Source: a virus
Taxonomy: Duplodnaviria; Caudoviricetes
DNA: 28,414 nucleotides
Reading direction: 5' to 3' (one strand)
IMG/VR virus record: IMGVR_UViG_3300028588_000074
Location: 1 to 28,414 of that record
Position numbers and translations under genes: made by a program. Of the stretch, positions 6,405 to 14,760 are shown one piece after another. The stretch's first letter is position 1; the number at the start of each line of letters is the position of its first letter. The notes beneath the pieces are model-generated. The model was given only the letters and a program-made list of their open reading frames with translations. It had not been told where the DNA came from and did not search any database.

Positions 6405-8053
6405 TGGAAGAGCGCAACTTTGGCGAAGCGGAGCGTGAGTCCCGCGTCGATGCCTCTTTCGCTACGGCGATGCTCAACGCTAGCGACAAGTTTCAGCAGA
6501 AAGCTCGTCGCAAGATCCACTACGACCACCCCGAGATTTGGGCGAAGGAAGTTCTCGTAGACGAGAACAACCCTGACGGATTCTACGCCTGGTCAAAGCA
6601 GATCGAGATCGGCAAGTCTGTCGTCGACAATTCGTACACGGCAGTCAAGTCCTGCCACGGTGCGGGCAAGAGTGCGTGGGCTGCTGTTCTGGTGTGTTGG
6701 TTCGTCAAAACGCGCCTTGACGAGGCCAATGGCGATCCCACCGACCTGTTCGTGATCACCACTGCACCATCCTACTCTCAGGTGCACCTTGTTCTCTGGG
6801 AAGAGATCAGGAAGCTACACCAGCGCGGCAACCTGCCCGGCTACATCACGGGCTCGGACTCGTGGAAGATCGAACACAACGGCCAGGTCACCGAAGTTGC
6901 AGTGGGCCGCAAGCCTGCCGACACCGATGCCAACAGCTTCCAGGGTAAGCACGCCTACAACCTGTTCATCGTTTTGGACGAGGCGAACGGCATTCCCGAG
7001 ACGCTGTTCACTGGTGCCGTTTCGATGCTGACTGGTGACATGAACCGTCAGAAGATGCTCGCCATTGGAAACCCTGACGATCCCAACTCCCTGTTCGGCC
7101 AGGAAGACAAGAAGGACAAGAAGCGCGAGATCGAAGAAGAGCAGCAGTTTTGGAACTGGGTGCAGATCAAAGCGTGGGACACGCCCAACTTCACCGAAGA
7201 GAAAGAGATCACGCCCAAGCGCGTTCTCGAATCCGTTCTGCAAACCGACTGGGTTCGACGCGCTGAGCAGCAGTGGGCGAAGGACGACGCGCGCTGGATC
7301 TCAAAGATCGAGGCCGAGTTCCCCGACATCTCCGAAGACGCATTCTTCCCCGTCTCGCTCATCGAGCAGGCTCAGGCGAACGCCGTCGACCCCGGATGGA
7401 AGGTCGAACAGAAGATCATGGGCGTGGACGTTTCGCGCTACGGATCGGACCGCACGGTCGTGTCCATCAACGACAACGGCAAGATCAGCATTATCGAGTC
7501 GTGGACGAAAAAGAGTACCCTCTTCACCACGAACCGAGTGCACCAGCTTGCGCTCGAACACCAAGTTTTTGAAGTCCGAATCGACGAGGGAAACGTCGGT
7601 GGCGCGATCATCGACAACCTGCGCGTGATGATGGGCTACAACTATCGCGTCGTCGTGATGAACAGCTCGAACAAGTCGCCAAACCCGAAGCGTTGGCTGA
7701 ACGCACGTGCGTTCTGGTACGACCAGCTCAAAGAGGGGATGATGCTCAACCGGCTGCAACTGCCGAAGAACGAAGACCTCGAAAAAGAGCTGTCCGTCAT
7801 GAAGTACAAGATGACGAAGATGGGTGCCCTCCAAATGGAGGACAAGGACGAAATGAAGAAGCGCCTGAAGGGGCGCAGTCCTGACTTCGCAGACTCGGTG
7901 GCTTTCGTTTCAGCAGACCTCTCGATGTTTATCGAGGGGTACGACGCTGACGGAGTGACTAAGCCGCAGGAGGGTGACGAAGATCGCATCGACTTCGGCC
8001 TCGACGCAATGATCCGTCAGATGTCGGGTGGCTTCTCTGTGTCGCCTGTGTGA
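6404..8053 (+). CDS. terL: Terminase large subunit
   Basis: Walker A AVKSCHGAGKS, Walker B IVLDEA, IGNP motif, nuclease MGVDVSRYGSD and RSPDFADS. Confidence 0.95.
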   Translation: MEERNFGEAERESRVDASFATAMLNASDKFQQKARRKIHYDHPEIWAKEVLVDENNPDGFYAWSKQIEIGKSVVDNSYTAVKSCHGAGKSAWAAVLVCWFVKTRLDEANGDPTDLFVITTAPSYSQVHLVLWEEIRKLHQRGNLPGYITGSDSWKIEHNGQVTEVAVGRKPADTDANSFQGKHAYNLFIVLDEANGIPETLFTGAVSMLTGDMNRQKMLAIGNPDDPNSLFGQEDKKDKKREIEEEQQFWNWVQIKAWDTPNFTEEKEITPKRVLESVLQTDWVRRAEQQWAKDDARWISKIEAEFPDISEDAFFPVSLIEQAQANAVDPGWKVEQKIMGVDVSRYGSDRTVVSINDNGKISIIESWTKKSTLFTTNRVHQLALEHQVFEVRIDEGNVGGAIIDNLRVMMGYNYRVVVMNSSNKSPNPKRWLNARAFWYDQLKEGMMLNRLQLPKNEDLEKELSVMKYKMTKMGALQMEDKDEMKKRLKGRSPDFADSVAFVSADLSMFIEGYDADGVTKPQEGDEDRIDFGLDAMIRQMSGGFSVSPV

Positions 8054-8066
8054 TACGATTTCACAC

Positions 8067-8245
8067 GTGAAGCGCTCTAGTGATCGAGAGCGTGGATCAG
8101 CCAATGAGCAAGGCGTTGACTCTGATCGGCAGTCGCCTTGCACCGAAACCCCCCAGAAGCAAGCCGTCGCGGCTTTCATCGCCTGCGATGCAAACTGGGG
8201 GGTTTCGTGTATGCTGACCTCTCATCATCCATTTAGAGCGTGAGT
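8067..8245 (+). ncRNA. Candidate highly structured ncRNA between terL and portal
   Basis: Extended -10 TGaTACGAT (8051-8059); nested helices 8073-79/8234-40, 8086-90/8219-23, 8097-101/8213-17, 8108-15/8134-41 and 13-bp 8144-56/8195-207 enclosing two small hairpins. Confidence 0.55.
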
Positions 8246-8250
8246 GATGC

Positions 8251-8284
8251 CGAGAGCCCCGGGGTAGTAGCCGGGGCTCTCGTG
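8251..8284 (+). terminator. Terminator hairpin
   Basis: CGAGAGCCCCGG (8251-8262) / CCGGGGCTCTCG (8271-8282), perfect 12 bp. Confidence 0.75.
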
Positions 8285-8324
8285 TACCATGCAGCCGGAG
8301 GCAGCTAGCCGCCCCTCTGTGCTG

Positions 8325-8330
8325 TAAGCT
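8325..8330 (+). promoter_or_regulatory. -10 box (TAAGCT) for leaderless portal mRNA
   Basis: 6 nt upstream of ATG 8337; no adjacent SD. Confidence 0.6.
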
Positions 8331-8336
8331 CCCAGC

Positions 8337-9950
8337 ATGCCCTCCTTCTACAGCAACCTGCGCGAAGGGCTCGGCTTCGGGCCAAGCCGCGCCACCGTGG
8401 CCGAATCCATGCTCGCACAGGCGAAGCAGGTCAGCCAGGAATCCATGCTCTACGTGTCCGAGGGCATGTCGCAGATCGCGCAGCTCTCCATGGCGTACGA
8501 AGACCGTGGCTGGATCAGGGTCGACGGCTTCGAGCGCGAAGGCGACGCTGGCACGCTCACTCTGAAGGCAGTGAAGGGTGCCGCCAAGAATGGCGCTGCG
8601 CTCGTCACTGGTAACCCGATCATGCACCGTGCAGCAGAAGCGCAGGCCGGGTATGTTCACGGCGACGGCGTGCGCATCACGGGCGCTGACAAGGTGATCA
8701 AGAACAAGAAGAACCGGCGTAACATCTTCTCGACGACGGCGATGCTCGAACTCGAACTGACGAAGGTGGCCACCGGAAACGTGCTGCTGTTCGTCGAGGA
8801 CGACAACACCATCTCTCGCATCCCGTTCCACGAAATTCAGGGCGCGGTGTACACGCCGGACGACAAGTCAGAGATCCGCTACTTCTATCGCGTGTGGTGG
8901 GAAGAGTACACCGACTTCCAAACGCAGAAGCCGAATCGCGTCGAGCGAAAGATGCTGTACCGGAACATGGCGTACGACGCGCCGCGTGAAATCGACCTCG
9001 AATACTACAACGTGTTCGAAGGCGTTCTTGACCCTGCTTCCGGTGAAGAGTACGAGCCGTTCTGGGACGTGCGTGCACGTCGCATCGGCGGCGTCGAAGT
9101 CAACATCAACGGTGTCGTGCGTCACGTCGCACCGCACCGCATGGACGGCACCGCATGGGGGCTGCCCGACCTGCTGGCGGGCATCTTCTACGCCAGTGAA
9201 CACAAAGAGCTGATCGAAGCAGCCGACAGCATCTACCGCGCCCAGTCGCAGTACGCAGTGCAGTACCGCTCCAAGACGCGCAAGGCGCTCGAAGGCGTGG
9301 CCGCTTCGCTTGCTGCACCGCCGCCCATCGACCCTGCCACTGGCGAGCCCATGAAGTACGGGCAGACGGTCGGCTTCGGCGACGACATCGAGATGCAATT
9401 GATGCAGAAGATCGGCGCTGGCATCGACTTCAGCAACTTCGATCCCATCGCATCTCTGGCGTCTTCTGCGCTCGGAATTCCGCTCGAAGTCGTTCTCGGG
9501 CAGGAAACGAAAGACACCACGATCCCGTACACCACCAAGCGTACGATGATGACCATTCGCCGCATGTGGACCGAAGTGTTCGAGGACATCTTCGAGTACA
9601 TGGGGAAGAAGGGCGTCAAGATTTACTGGCCCGTGATGGACCCCGACCCTACGCACCGCCAGGTGCAGTCGATCTCGGGTGCCGTCGCCTCGAAGCTCAT
9701 CCACCCCCACGAGGGACGCGAACTGTTCATCGACACGTTCGGCGTGGACTGGGACCCGAACGATCTGCCGACCGCAGAGGACTGGGAGCCCTTCCAGGGT
9801 GCGAAAGTTGCCCCGGGCAGCACAGAGGTCACGGGCAATGGAGACGGCCCCGTGACGCCCGGCCAGGGCCAGACGGGTGCGGTCGGCAAGCTGGCGGACG
9901 GTGACCACGAACTGCGCGACAAGGGCCAGCAGGATCACACGCGAAAGTGA
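8337..9950 (+). CDS. Portal protein
   Basis: 537 aa after terL; EDRGW N-terminal motif, GN..LF, WGLPDL and A.ALGIP..V.LG patterns typical of actinophage portals. Confidence 0.9.
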   Translation: MPSFYSNLREGLGFGPSRATVAESMLAQAKQVSQESMLYVSEGMSQIAQLSMAYEDRGWIRVDGFEREGDAGTLTLKAVKGAAKNGAALVTGNPIMHRAAEAQAGYVHGDGVRITGADKVIKNKKNRRNIFSTTAMLELELTKVATGNVLLFVEDDNTISRIPFHEIQGAVYTPDDKSEIRYFYRVWWEEYTDFQTQKPNRVERKMLYRNMAYDAPREIDLEYYNVFEGVLDPASGEEYEPFWDVRARRIGGVEVNINGVVRHVAPHRMDGTAWGLPDLLAGIFYASEHKELIEAADSIYRAQSQYAVQYRSKTRKALEGVAASLAAPPPIDPATGEPMKYGQTVGFGDDIEMQLMQKIGAGIDFSNFDPIASLASSALGIPLEVVLGQETKDTTIPYTTKRTMMTIRRMWTEVFEDIFEYMGKKGVKIYWPVMDPDPTHRQVQSISGAVASKLIHPHEGRELFIDTFGVDWDPNDLPTAEDWEPFQGAKVAPGSTEVTGNGDGPVTPGQGQTGAVGKLADGDHELRDKGQQDHTRK

Positions 9951-9986
9951 CGTTTCGCACGTCAATCCTCGTGTAGAGTTTCAGCC

Positions 9987-10958
9987 ATGAAGGACAAGTA
10001 CGGTATCGCGACAGAGCAGAGCGCAACGCTCGCTCTCGATCACGAGGTTGACCAGGCTGGACCTGGCGTCACCTACGACAACGTGATCATCGAGGGTGAC
10101 CGCTGGGGCTCGTCGGGCTACTACCCCGCGACCGTCTTGGAGCGCGACGGGGCGAAGACGTTCCCCGCTGGCACGCAGGTTCACATCGACCACACCGAGG
10201 CCGGCAAAAACGACTCGGCTGGCACGATCATCGGCGAGCTGGCCGAAGACGCACGCTACGTGGAAGAGGCGGACGGCGCGAAGGTGCTGCGCGCACCGAT
10301 GCGGTTCTACACCACGGGCATCTACAACGCGGCATGGGTGAAGGAGCGAGCAAAGGCGCTCGGCGTCTCCATCCGGGCCGGAGTGACTTTCATGCAGGGC
10401 GAGCGCGCTGGACGCAAGGGGAAGATCGTCACGTCGTTCACCGAGGGTGTCTCGGTCGACGTGGTTTCCCGTGCGGGAGCAGGCGGCAAGTTCGGTATGA
10501 TCAAGGAGTCCGCGCGTCCTGCGCTGGCGGAGGAAACAGACACGAGAGGCAACACCATGGAGAAGGAAGAGCGCGACGCGCTGTCGCTGGCTACGGCCAA
10601 CGCAGTCGCCGAAGCCCTCGCCCCCCTGTTCACCAACGTGACGACCGCTCTCGGCAAGGTCCAGGCTGCTCAGGAGTCGGCGAACACCCCCAAGGTGCTC
10701 ACCGGCTCGGAGATCGCCAAGGCCATCGCCGGAGCGAAGCTGGGGGAGAAGGCCGCTGAGCGTGTCTGGGCCGCCAGCGAGTCCGAGGGCGTCGACATCG
10801 AGGCGAAGATCGCAGAAGAGGTGGCCATCCGCACGGAGGCCATCGCCGAGGCGCAGAAGAACAACGGCAACCTGCAGTTCGACGAGGCGGGCAACAAGAT
10901 CGACCCGAACGCGCAGGAGTCCGCCGTCGCCGTCAAGGGCTGGGCGGTGAGCGAGTAA
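9987..10958 (+). CDS. Capsid maturation protease fused to scaffold
   Basis: WGSSGYYP..VLE..G...FP.GT.V.IDH, GVSIRA, SVDVV..AGAGG protease motifs followed by an Ala/Glu-rich helical tail; -10 TAGAGT 7 nt upstream. Confidence 0.85.
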   Translation: MKDKYGIATEQSATLALDHEVDQAGPGVTYDNVIIEGDRWGSSGYYPATVLERDGAKTFPAGTQVHIDHTEAGKNDSAGTIIGELAEDARYVEEADGAKVLRAPMRFYTTGIYNAAWVKERAKALGVSIRAGVTFMQGERAGRKGKIVTSFTEGVSVDVVSRAGAGGKFGMIKESARPALAEETDTRGNTMEKEERDALSLATANAVAEALAPLFTNVTTALGKVQAAQESANTPKVLTGSEIAKAIAGAKLGEKAAERVWAASESEGVDIEAKIAEEVAIRTEAIAEAQKNNGNLQFDEAGNKIDPNAQESAVAVKGWAVSE

Positions 10959-11314
10959 TGGCCAAGAACGAGGTCTACCGTCTCGGGCAGTACGTCCCGC
11001 TCCCCGTCCCCGAGGGCACCAAGGCCGGTGACCCGGTGCGCGTCAACGGGCTCAACGCCGTCGCCGTCAGCGAGCGCAACAGCTACGAGGGCGAGTTCGG
11101 CGGACACGTCGGCGAAGCGTCCACCGACCTCGGTGGCGCGCACACGTTCAACGTCACGGTCAGCGGTGGCCCCCTGAAGGCCGGTCAGCCGATCTACATC
11201 AAGGCCGACAACACACTCGTCACCGTCGCCACCGACAACAACCTGTTCGGGCACTCGCTCGAATACAACGTCCCGAACGGTGCGCACGTCGTCACCGTCA
11301 AGATCGCCAACTGA
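10958..11314 (+). CDS. DUF2190-like capsid cement/decoration protein
   Basis: MAKN...PVP.G.K.GDPV.V.GL..VA...FGH...V.VKI pattern; lies between scaffold and capsid. Confidence 0.8.
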   Translation: MAKNEVYRLGQYVPLPVPEGTKAGDPVRVNGLNAVAVSERNSYEGEFGGHVGEASTDLGGAHTFNVTVSGGPLKAGQPIYIKADNTLVTVATDNNLFGHSLEYNVPNGAHVVTVKIAN

Positions 11315-11330
11315 GAAAGGAGGCAGACCA

Positions 11331-12440
11331 ATGGTTTTCTCGCTCGTCAAGCTCCCTGAGCTGCAGGCGCACATGTCCGAAGCGGACTGCGCGCTCATCA
11401 TCAACGAGGTCAACGAGGGCAGTCGGCGTGCGTCCGGGCTGTTCCAGGAGGCGTTCCTCCACACGGACCTCCCCCTCGCGTTCAACTCGCTCACCAACAA
11501 GCAGCTCATCCCGCAGTACGCGGCGGCTGAGCCGGTGCACGGTGAGTTCACGCAGGACGTCACCCTGAACGACCTGCGTCCGCAGGGCTACCTCGAGGTC
11601 TGGCCGTCGCTCGACAGCCTGCCCCGCACCGAGGGCGGCAAGGAGCGCATCCCCGGCAAGGCACCGAAGATCGCCCCGAACGCCGAGTACCCGGCGATCA
11701 CCCTCGACGAGTCGAGCGTCGAACTGAAGCTCGACAAGTACGGTCTGCGCCTGCCGCTGACCATCGAGATGATCATCAACGACCAGCTCGCGATCCTCGC
11801 GAACTACCCCGAGGCGCTCGCCGTCTTCCTGCGTCAGCTCGAAGACATCGTGGTCGCGGAGGCGCTGATCAAGGACGACCGTTCCGGCGCGCGTGCCAAC
11901 ATCACGCACGTCACGGGCGACCCGCTGCTCAGCATCGACAGCGTGTCGGCTGCCCTGCAGCAGTTCAGCGAGATCAAGGTGAACGGACGTCGCACGAACC
12001 TGTCGCGCGCCCGCCTGCTGATCCCGCGCACGCTCGAACAGACCGTGAAGCGCCTCGTGTCGATCCAGTCGTACGACCAGACCATCGACGGGAAGACGTT
12101 CAAGAACGTCGGCAACCCCGTCTACGGCATGGCGTACACCGTGTTCGACGCGCTGACCGACGTGAACACGTCGGCGTCGGCCGGTCAGACGTGGTTCCTG
12201 CTCGCGAACGACGGTCAGCTCGCCGGACGCCCCAGCCTCGCCGCCGCGAAGCTGCGTGGCTACCTGCAGCCCCAGCAGTTCATCTCGTCGCCGAACGCGC
12301 TCACCCCCGCTGGTGGCATGGCCAACTGGAAGGATGGGTCGTTCACGAACGACTCCATCGAGTTCAAGGCCCGCCACTTCTTCGGGTCGAAGCTCGTCCT
12401 CGCCGAGGGCGTCCTGGTGTCGGAGCCCACCGTCGTCTAG
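11331..12440 (+). CDS. Major capsid protein (HK97 fold, Mu gpT-like)
   Basis: SD AAAGGAGG then ATG 11331; KYG.R..LT.EMIIND.L, LLIP..LE and GSF.ND.IEFK.RH motifs; extreme GC3 bias. Confidence 0.9.
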   Translation: MVFSLVKLPELQAHMSEADCALIINEVNEGSRRASGLFQEAFLHTDLPLAFNSLTNKQLIPQYAAAEPVHGEFTQDVTLNDLRPQGYLEVWPSLDSLPRTEGGKERIPGKAPKIAPNAEYPAITLDESSVELKLDKYGLRLPLTIEMIINDQLAILANYPEALAVFLRQLEDIVVAEALIKDDRSGARANITHVTGDPLLSIDSVSAALQQFSEIKVNGRRTNLSRARLLIPRTLEQTVKRLVSIQSYDQTIDGKTFKNVGNPVYGMAYTVFDALTDVNTSASAGQTWFLLANDGQLAGRPSLAAAKLRGYLQPQQFISSPNALTPAGGMANWKDGSFTNDSIEFKARHFFGSKLVLAEGVLVSEPTVV

Positions 12441-12463
12441 TCCCAACCGGGGCAAGGCCAAGT

Positions 12464-12509
12464 AGAGCCCCCTCTGTGCTGAGCGATCAGCCGGAGGGGG
12501 CTCTTCCTG
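12464..12509 (+). terminator. Terminator hairpin after capsid gene (GCGA tetraloop)
   Basis: AGAGCCCCCTCTG-T-GCTGA GCGA TCAGC-CGGAGGGGGCTCT; followed by -10 TATGCT (12510-12515). Confidence 0.8.
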
Positions 12510-12521
12510 TATGCTCGGGGC

Positions 12522-14750
12522 ATGGCCGTCTCCGACATCTCTCCCTCGCTGATCGTAAACGAGCGCCGCTCGTTCGCCGAGTACCTGTGGAAGATCGCGG
12601 GACGTGAGCTGTACGTGTGGGACGCAAAGGTCACTTACCGCTGGAAAAGTGGGGCCACCCCCGTAGAGGGGCAGGGACTCGTTCCACCGACGATCCGCCC
12701 CGGAAACGTGAAGAACTCGCAAACGAGTCCCTTGCAGTTCTTTTGGAAGATCAAGGACAAAGACCTGTACGTGTGGGACGCGCGCGTAGAGTACCGCTGG
12801 ACAATTGGCTCGACGCCTGTTGCTGGTTACCCGCAGCCGCCTGCTCGCAAAACGAAGCAGTACCCCGGAATCAAGGGTGCCGTTACCCCGCGCGCTCTGC
12901 TGTGGCTGATCCCGGTGACCGGTATCCTCCGCTGGGATGACAACTCGGTGTACACGAACGCCATGCGCTTCATCCGCAAGACCATTGCGATGCACGCATG
13001 GACGGGCGCTGTAGATAACTCTACCTCGACGCGCAAGCTGCCGCTCGGCACGATCACCAACGTGATCCTGAACCCGGACATGTCTGCTGCGTTCCCTACC
13101 GTAACGAACGCCTACCGCGCAAAGATCAGCAACGTCACGCTTGCTGCGCCCATCGGCCAGACTGCAGCCGCAGCACTGGTCGAGCAAGACTTCGCTGACG
13201 CGCCCAGCATTTACTACGGCACCACGCCTGGCGGATACCCCGCTCTTCCTGGACAGCGTTGGCACAACAGCGTCAAGATCGCACCTTCTGCCGGTTCGAT
13301 TGGCGCACGCTCTTACACGTCGCAGACGCGTTTTTACGACTCCGCTGGTGGTCAGATCGCAACAGAGTCCGCCTTCTCCAAAGTTGTCACCACGGCACCG
13401 GTTGGCGTTTTTCACCGCTGGGCTGGCACCGCTGACGCTTCTGTGTCGGAGCGGTTCGAAGGTGCCGCCGTTCGGCGAAACGAGGCCATCGACCCGCGTT
13501 ACACCACGCCCAGCGTCTGGTACTCCAACCCGAAGGGTGCTTACGACTATAGCGCCCAAGGTGCAGTTCGCATCTTTGCGACTTCCGCATTCGTCAACGG
13601 CGACATTGCGACATACCCCTCTGTCGCCATCCCCCTTTCGCCTGGCGAGACGCGTTCGGCGCGTTACCGGGTCCGAAACATTGGCACGACCAATGTTTCC
13701 GTATACGGGACAACCCGCGTGTACGGCTCTACGGTTAGCGTGGACAGCGCCAGCACTCCGCTGCGAACTGTCGCGCCCGGGCAGGTCATGGACGTTGTGA
13801 TCCCTGCCGTCACGGCAACCGCTGCGACGCTTCTCGGCTACCGTCCGTTGCTTCGCGCCATCATGGATGCGGGCGGAATGATTGTTGTCGACCAGCCAAT
13901 CTTTGAGGCGACCTCGGCCAACGGAGCGCCGGGACCGTACTTCGATGGATCTTCGCTCGTTCCGATTAGCGGAACAGCAAACCGCTGGGTTGCCGCAACG
14001 AATACATCTCCGTCCGAGCAAATCACCGCTACAGGCAAGAGAACCAACCGGGCGACGAACCCCATCAACGGTAAAAGCACTCTCTACTTGGGCGCTTCTC
14101 GCGGCACCCTGTCACAGGGTGAAGACTTCTGCCGAGTAACGATCACGGACGCAACCGCTGCGATCAACGCGCAGAGAATCGTCATTGGCACAGCTTCGGG
14201 CGTTGGCGCAATCGCCGTTACTCCCGGCGAGACGGTTACGTACTCTGTCGAGATTCGCTCTTCGAGCGCGCAGCCCATGAGCATCATGACTTATTGGTAC
14301 GACCGAGCCGGAACCTACTTGTCGCTCATCGAACACACAAGGGTCGCAGCTACCGCAGCAATCACCTTCACCCGTCACGAAATAACCACGGTCCCTCCTG
14401 CTGGTGCAGTAACCATGCTGGTGTACATCGGAACTGGTGCTGGCCCCCGAGCAATCGGAGACACGTTCGACATTCGCAAGCTGATGATCGGCGACAACGG
14501 CCTCTACTTCGACGGCTCTTCCGCATCCGACGCAACACTTCCCACTGGACAGGCACCAGCGGTTCAGGCCTCCATGTCGCACATCGCACCGGCAGGAACT
14601 GCAACAGTCCGGGCTCACGTGCAAGGTCGAACAGATTACAGGAGCAGTCCTGTCGACGGTTTCTACCTGGACGAATGGATGCTGGCCGCATGGCAGACCG
14701 ACGAACTGGTGCCCTTCTTCAGCGGTCGCACCCCCACCACGATCAGTTAG
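12522..14750 (+). CDS. Putative head fibre/decoration protein with three carbohydrate-binding-like jelly-roll domains
   Basis: Between capsid and adaptor; N-terminal 52-aa-period repeats; repeated N...NP / V.PG / YFDGS / W.G....S.S motifs of actinophage CBM-like domains; reduced GC3. Confidence 0.65.
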   Translation: MAVSDISPSLIVNERRSFAEYLWKIAGRELYVWDAKVTYRWKSGATPVEGQGLVPPTIRPGNVKNSQTSPLQFFWKIKDKDLYVWDARVEYRWTIGSTPVAGYPQPPARKTKQYPGIKGAVTPRALLWLIPVTGILRWDDNSVYTNAMRFIRKTIAMHAWTGAVDNSTSTRKLPLGTITNVILNPDMSAAFPTVTNAYRAKISNVTLAAPIGQTAAAALVEQDFADAPSIYYGTTPGGYPALPGQRWHNSVKIAPSAGSIGARSYTSQTRFYDSAGGQIATESAFSKVVTTAPVGVFHRWAGTADASVSERFEGAAVRRNEAIDPRYTTPSVWYSNPKGAYDYSAQGAVRIFATSAFVNGDIATYPSVAIPLSPGETRSARYRVRNIGTTNVSVYGTTRVYGSTVSVDSASTPLRTVAPGQVMDVVIPAVTATAATLLGYRPLLRAIMDAGGMIVVDQPIFEATSANGAPGPYFDGSSLVPISGTANRWVAATNTSPSEQITATGKRTNRATNPINGKSTLYLGASRGTLSQGEDFCRVTITDATAAINAQRIVIGTASGVGAIAVTPGETVTYSVEIRSSSAQPMSIMTYWYDRAGTYLSLIEHTRVAATAAITFTRHEITTVPPAGAVTMLVYIGTGAGPRAIGDTFDIRKLMIGDNGLYFDGSSASDATLPTGQAPAVQASMSHIAPAGTATVRAHVQGRTDYRSSPVDGFYLDEWMLAAWQTDELVPFFSGRTPTTIS
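12609..12781 (+). repeat. 17-nt direct repeat CTGTACGTGTGGGACGC (12609-12625, 12765-12781)
   Basis: Exact copies 156 nt apart, within the protein repeat WKI....LYVWDA.V.YRW..G.TPV.G. Confidence 0.9.
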
Positions 14751-14760
14751 GATCATCACC

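Noticed and set aside
8049-8065. CRP-like site TGTGA-N7-TCACA around the -10 box
   Set aside because: Spacer is 7 nt rather than the canonical 6, and it is a single occurrence.
8144-8207. 6C RNA, tmRNA or tRNA identity for the structured spacer
   Set aside because: The C6 run is in a stem rather than loops; no acceptor stem, T-loop, CCA end or tag ending in AA.
8028-8243. 71-aa ORF (58 aa from GTG 8067) in the terL-portal gap
   Set aside because: Atypical codon use and no motif, and the region is dominated by base-pairing. Not fully excluded, because the GTG lies at leaderless distance from the -10 box.
12438-12522. Capsid read-through or frameshift fusion to the 742-aa protein (same frame)
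   Set aside because: Second in-frame stop at 12480-12482, a terminator, no slippery site, and the downstream gene has its own -10 box.
12585-12830. Diversity-generating retroelement TR/VR pair
   Set aside because: The repeats are in-frame protein repeats with non-adenine-specific differences; no reverse transcriptase in the window.
11298-14021. 907-aa minus-strand ORF (likewise 20157-22034, 8868-9965, 3230-4324 and others)
   Set aside because: Antisense shadows of GC3-biased + strand genes; Arg/Val/Gly-rich non-protein-like composition; no SD.
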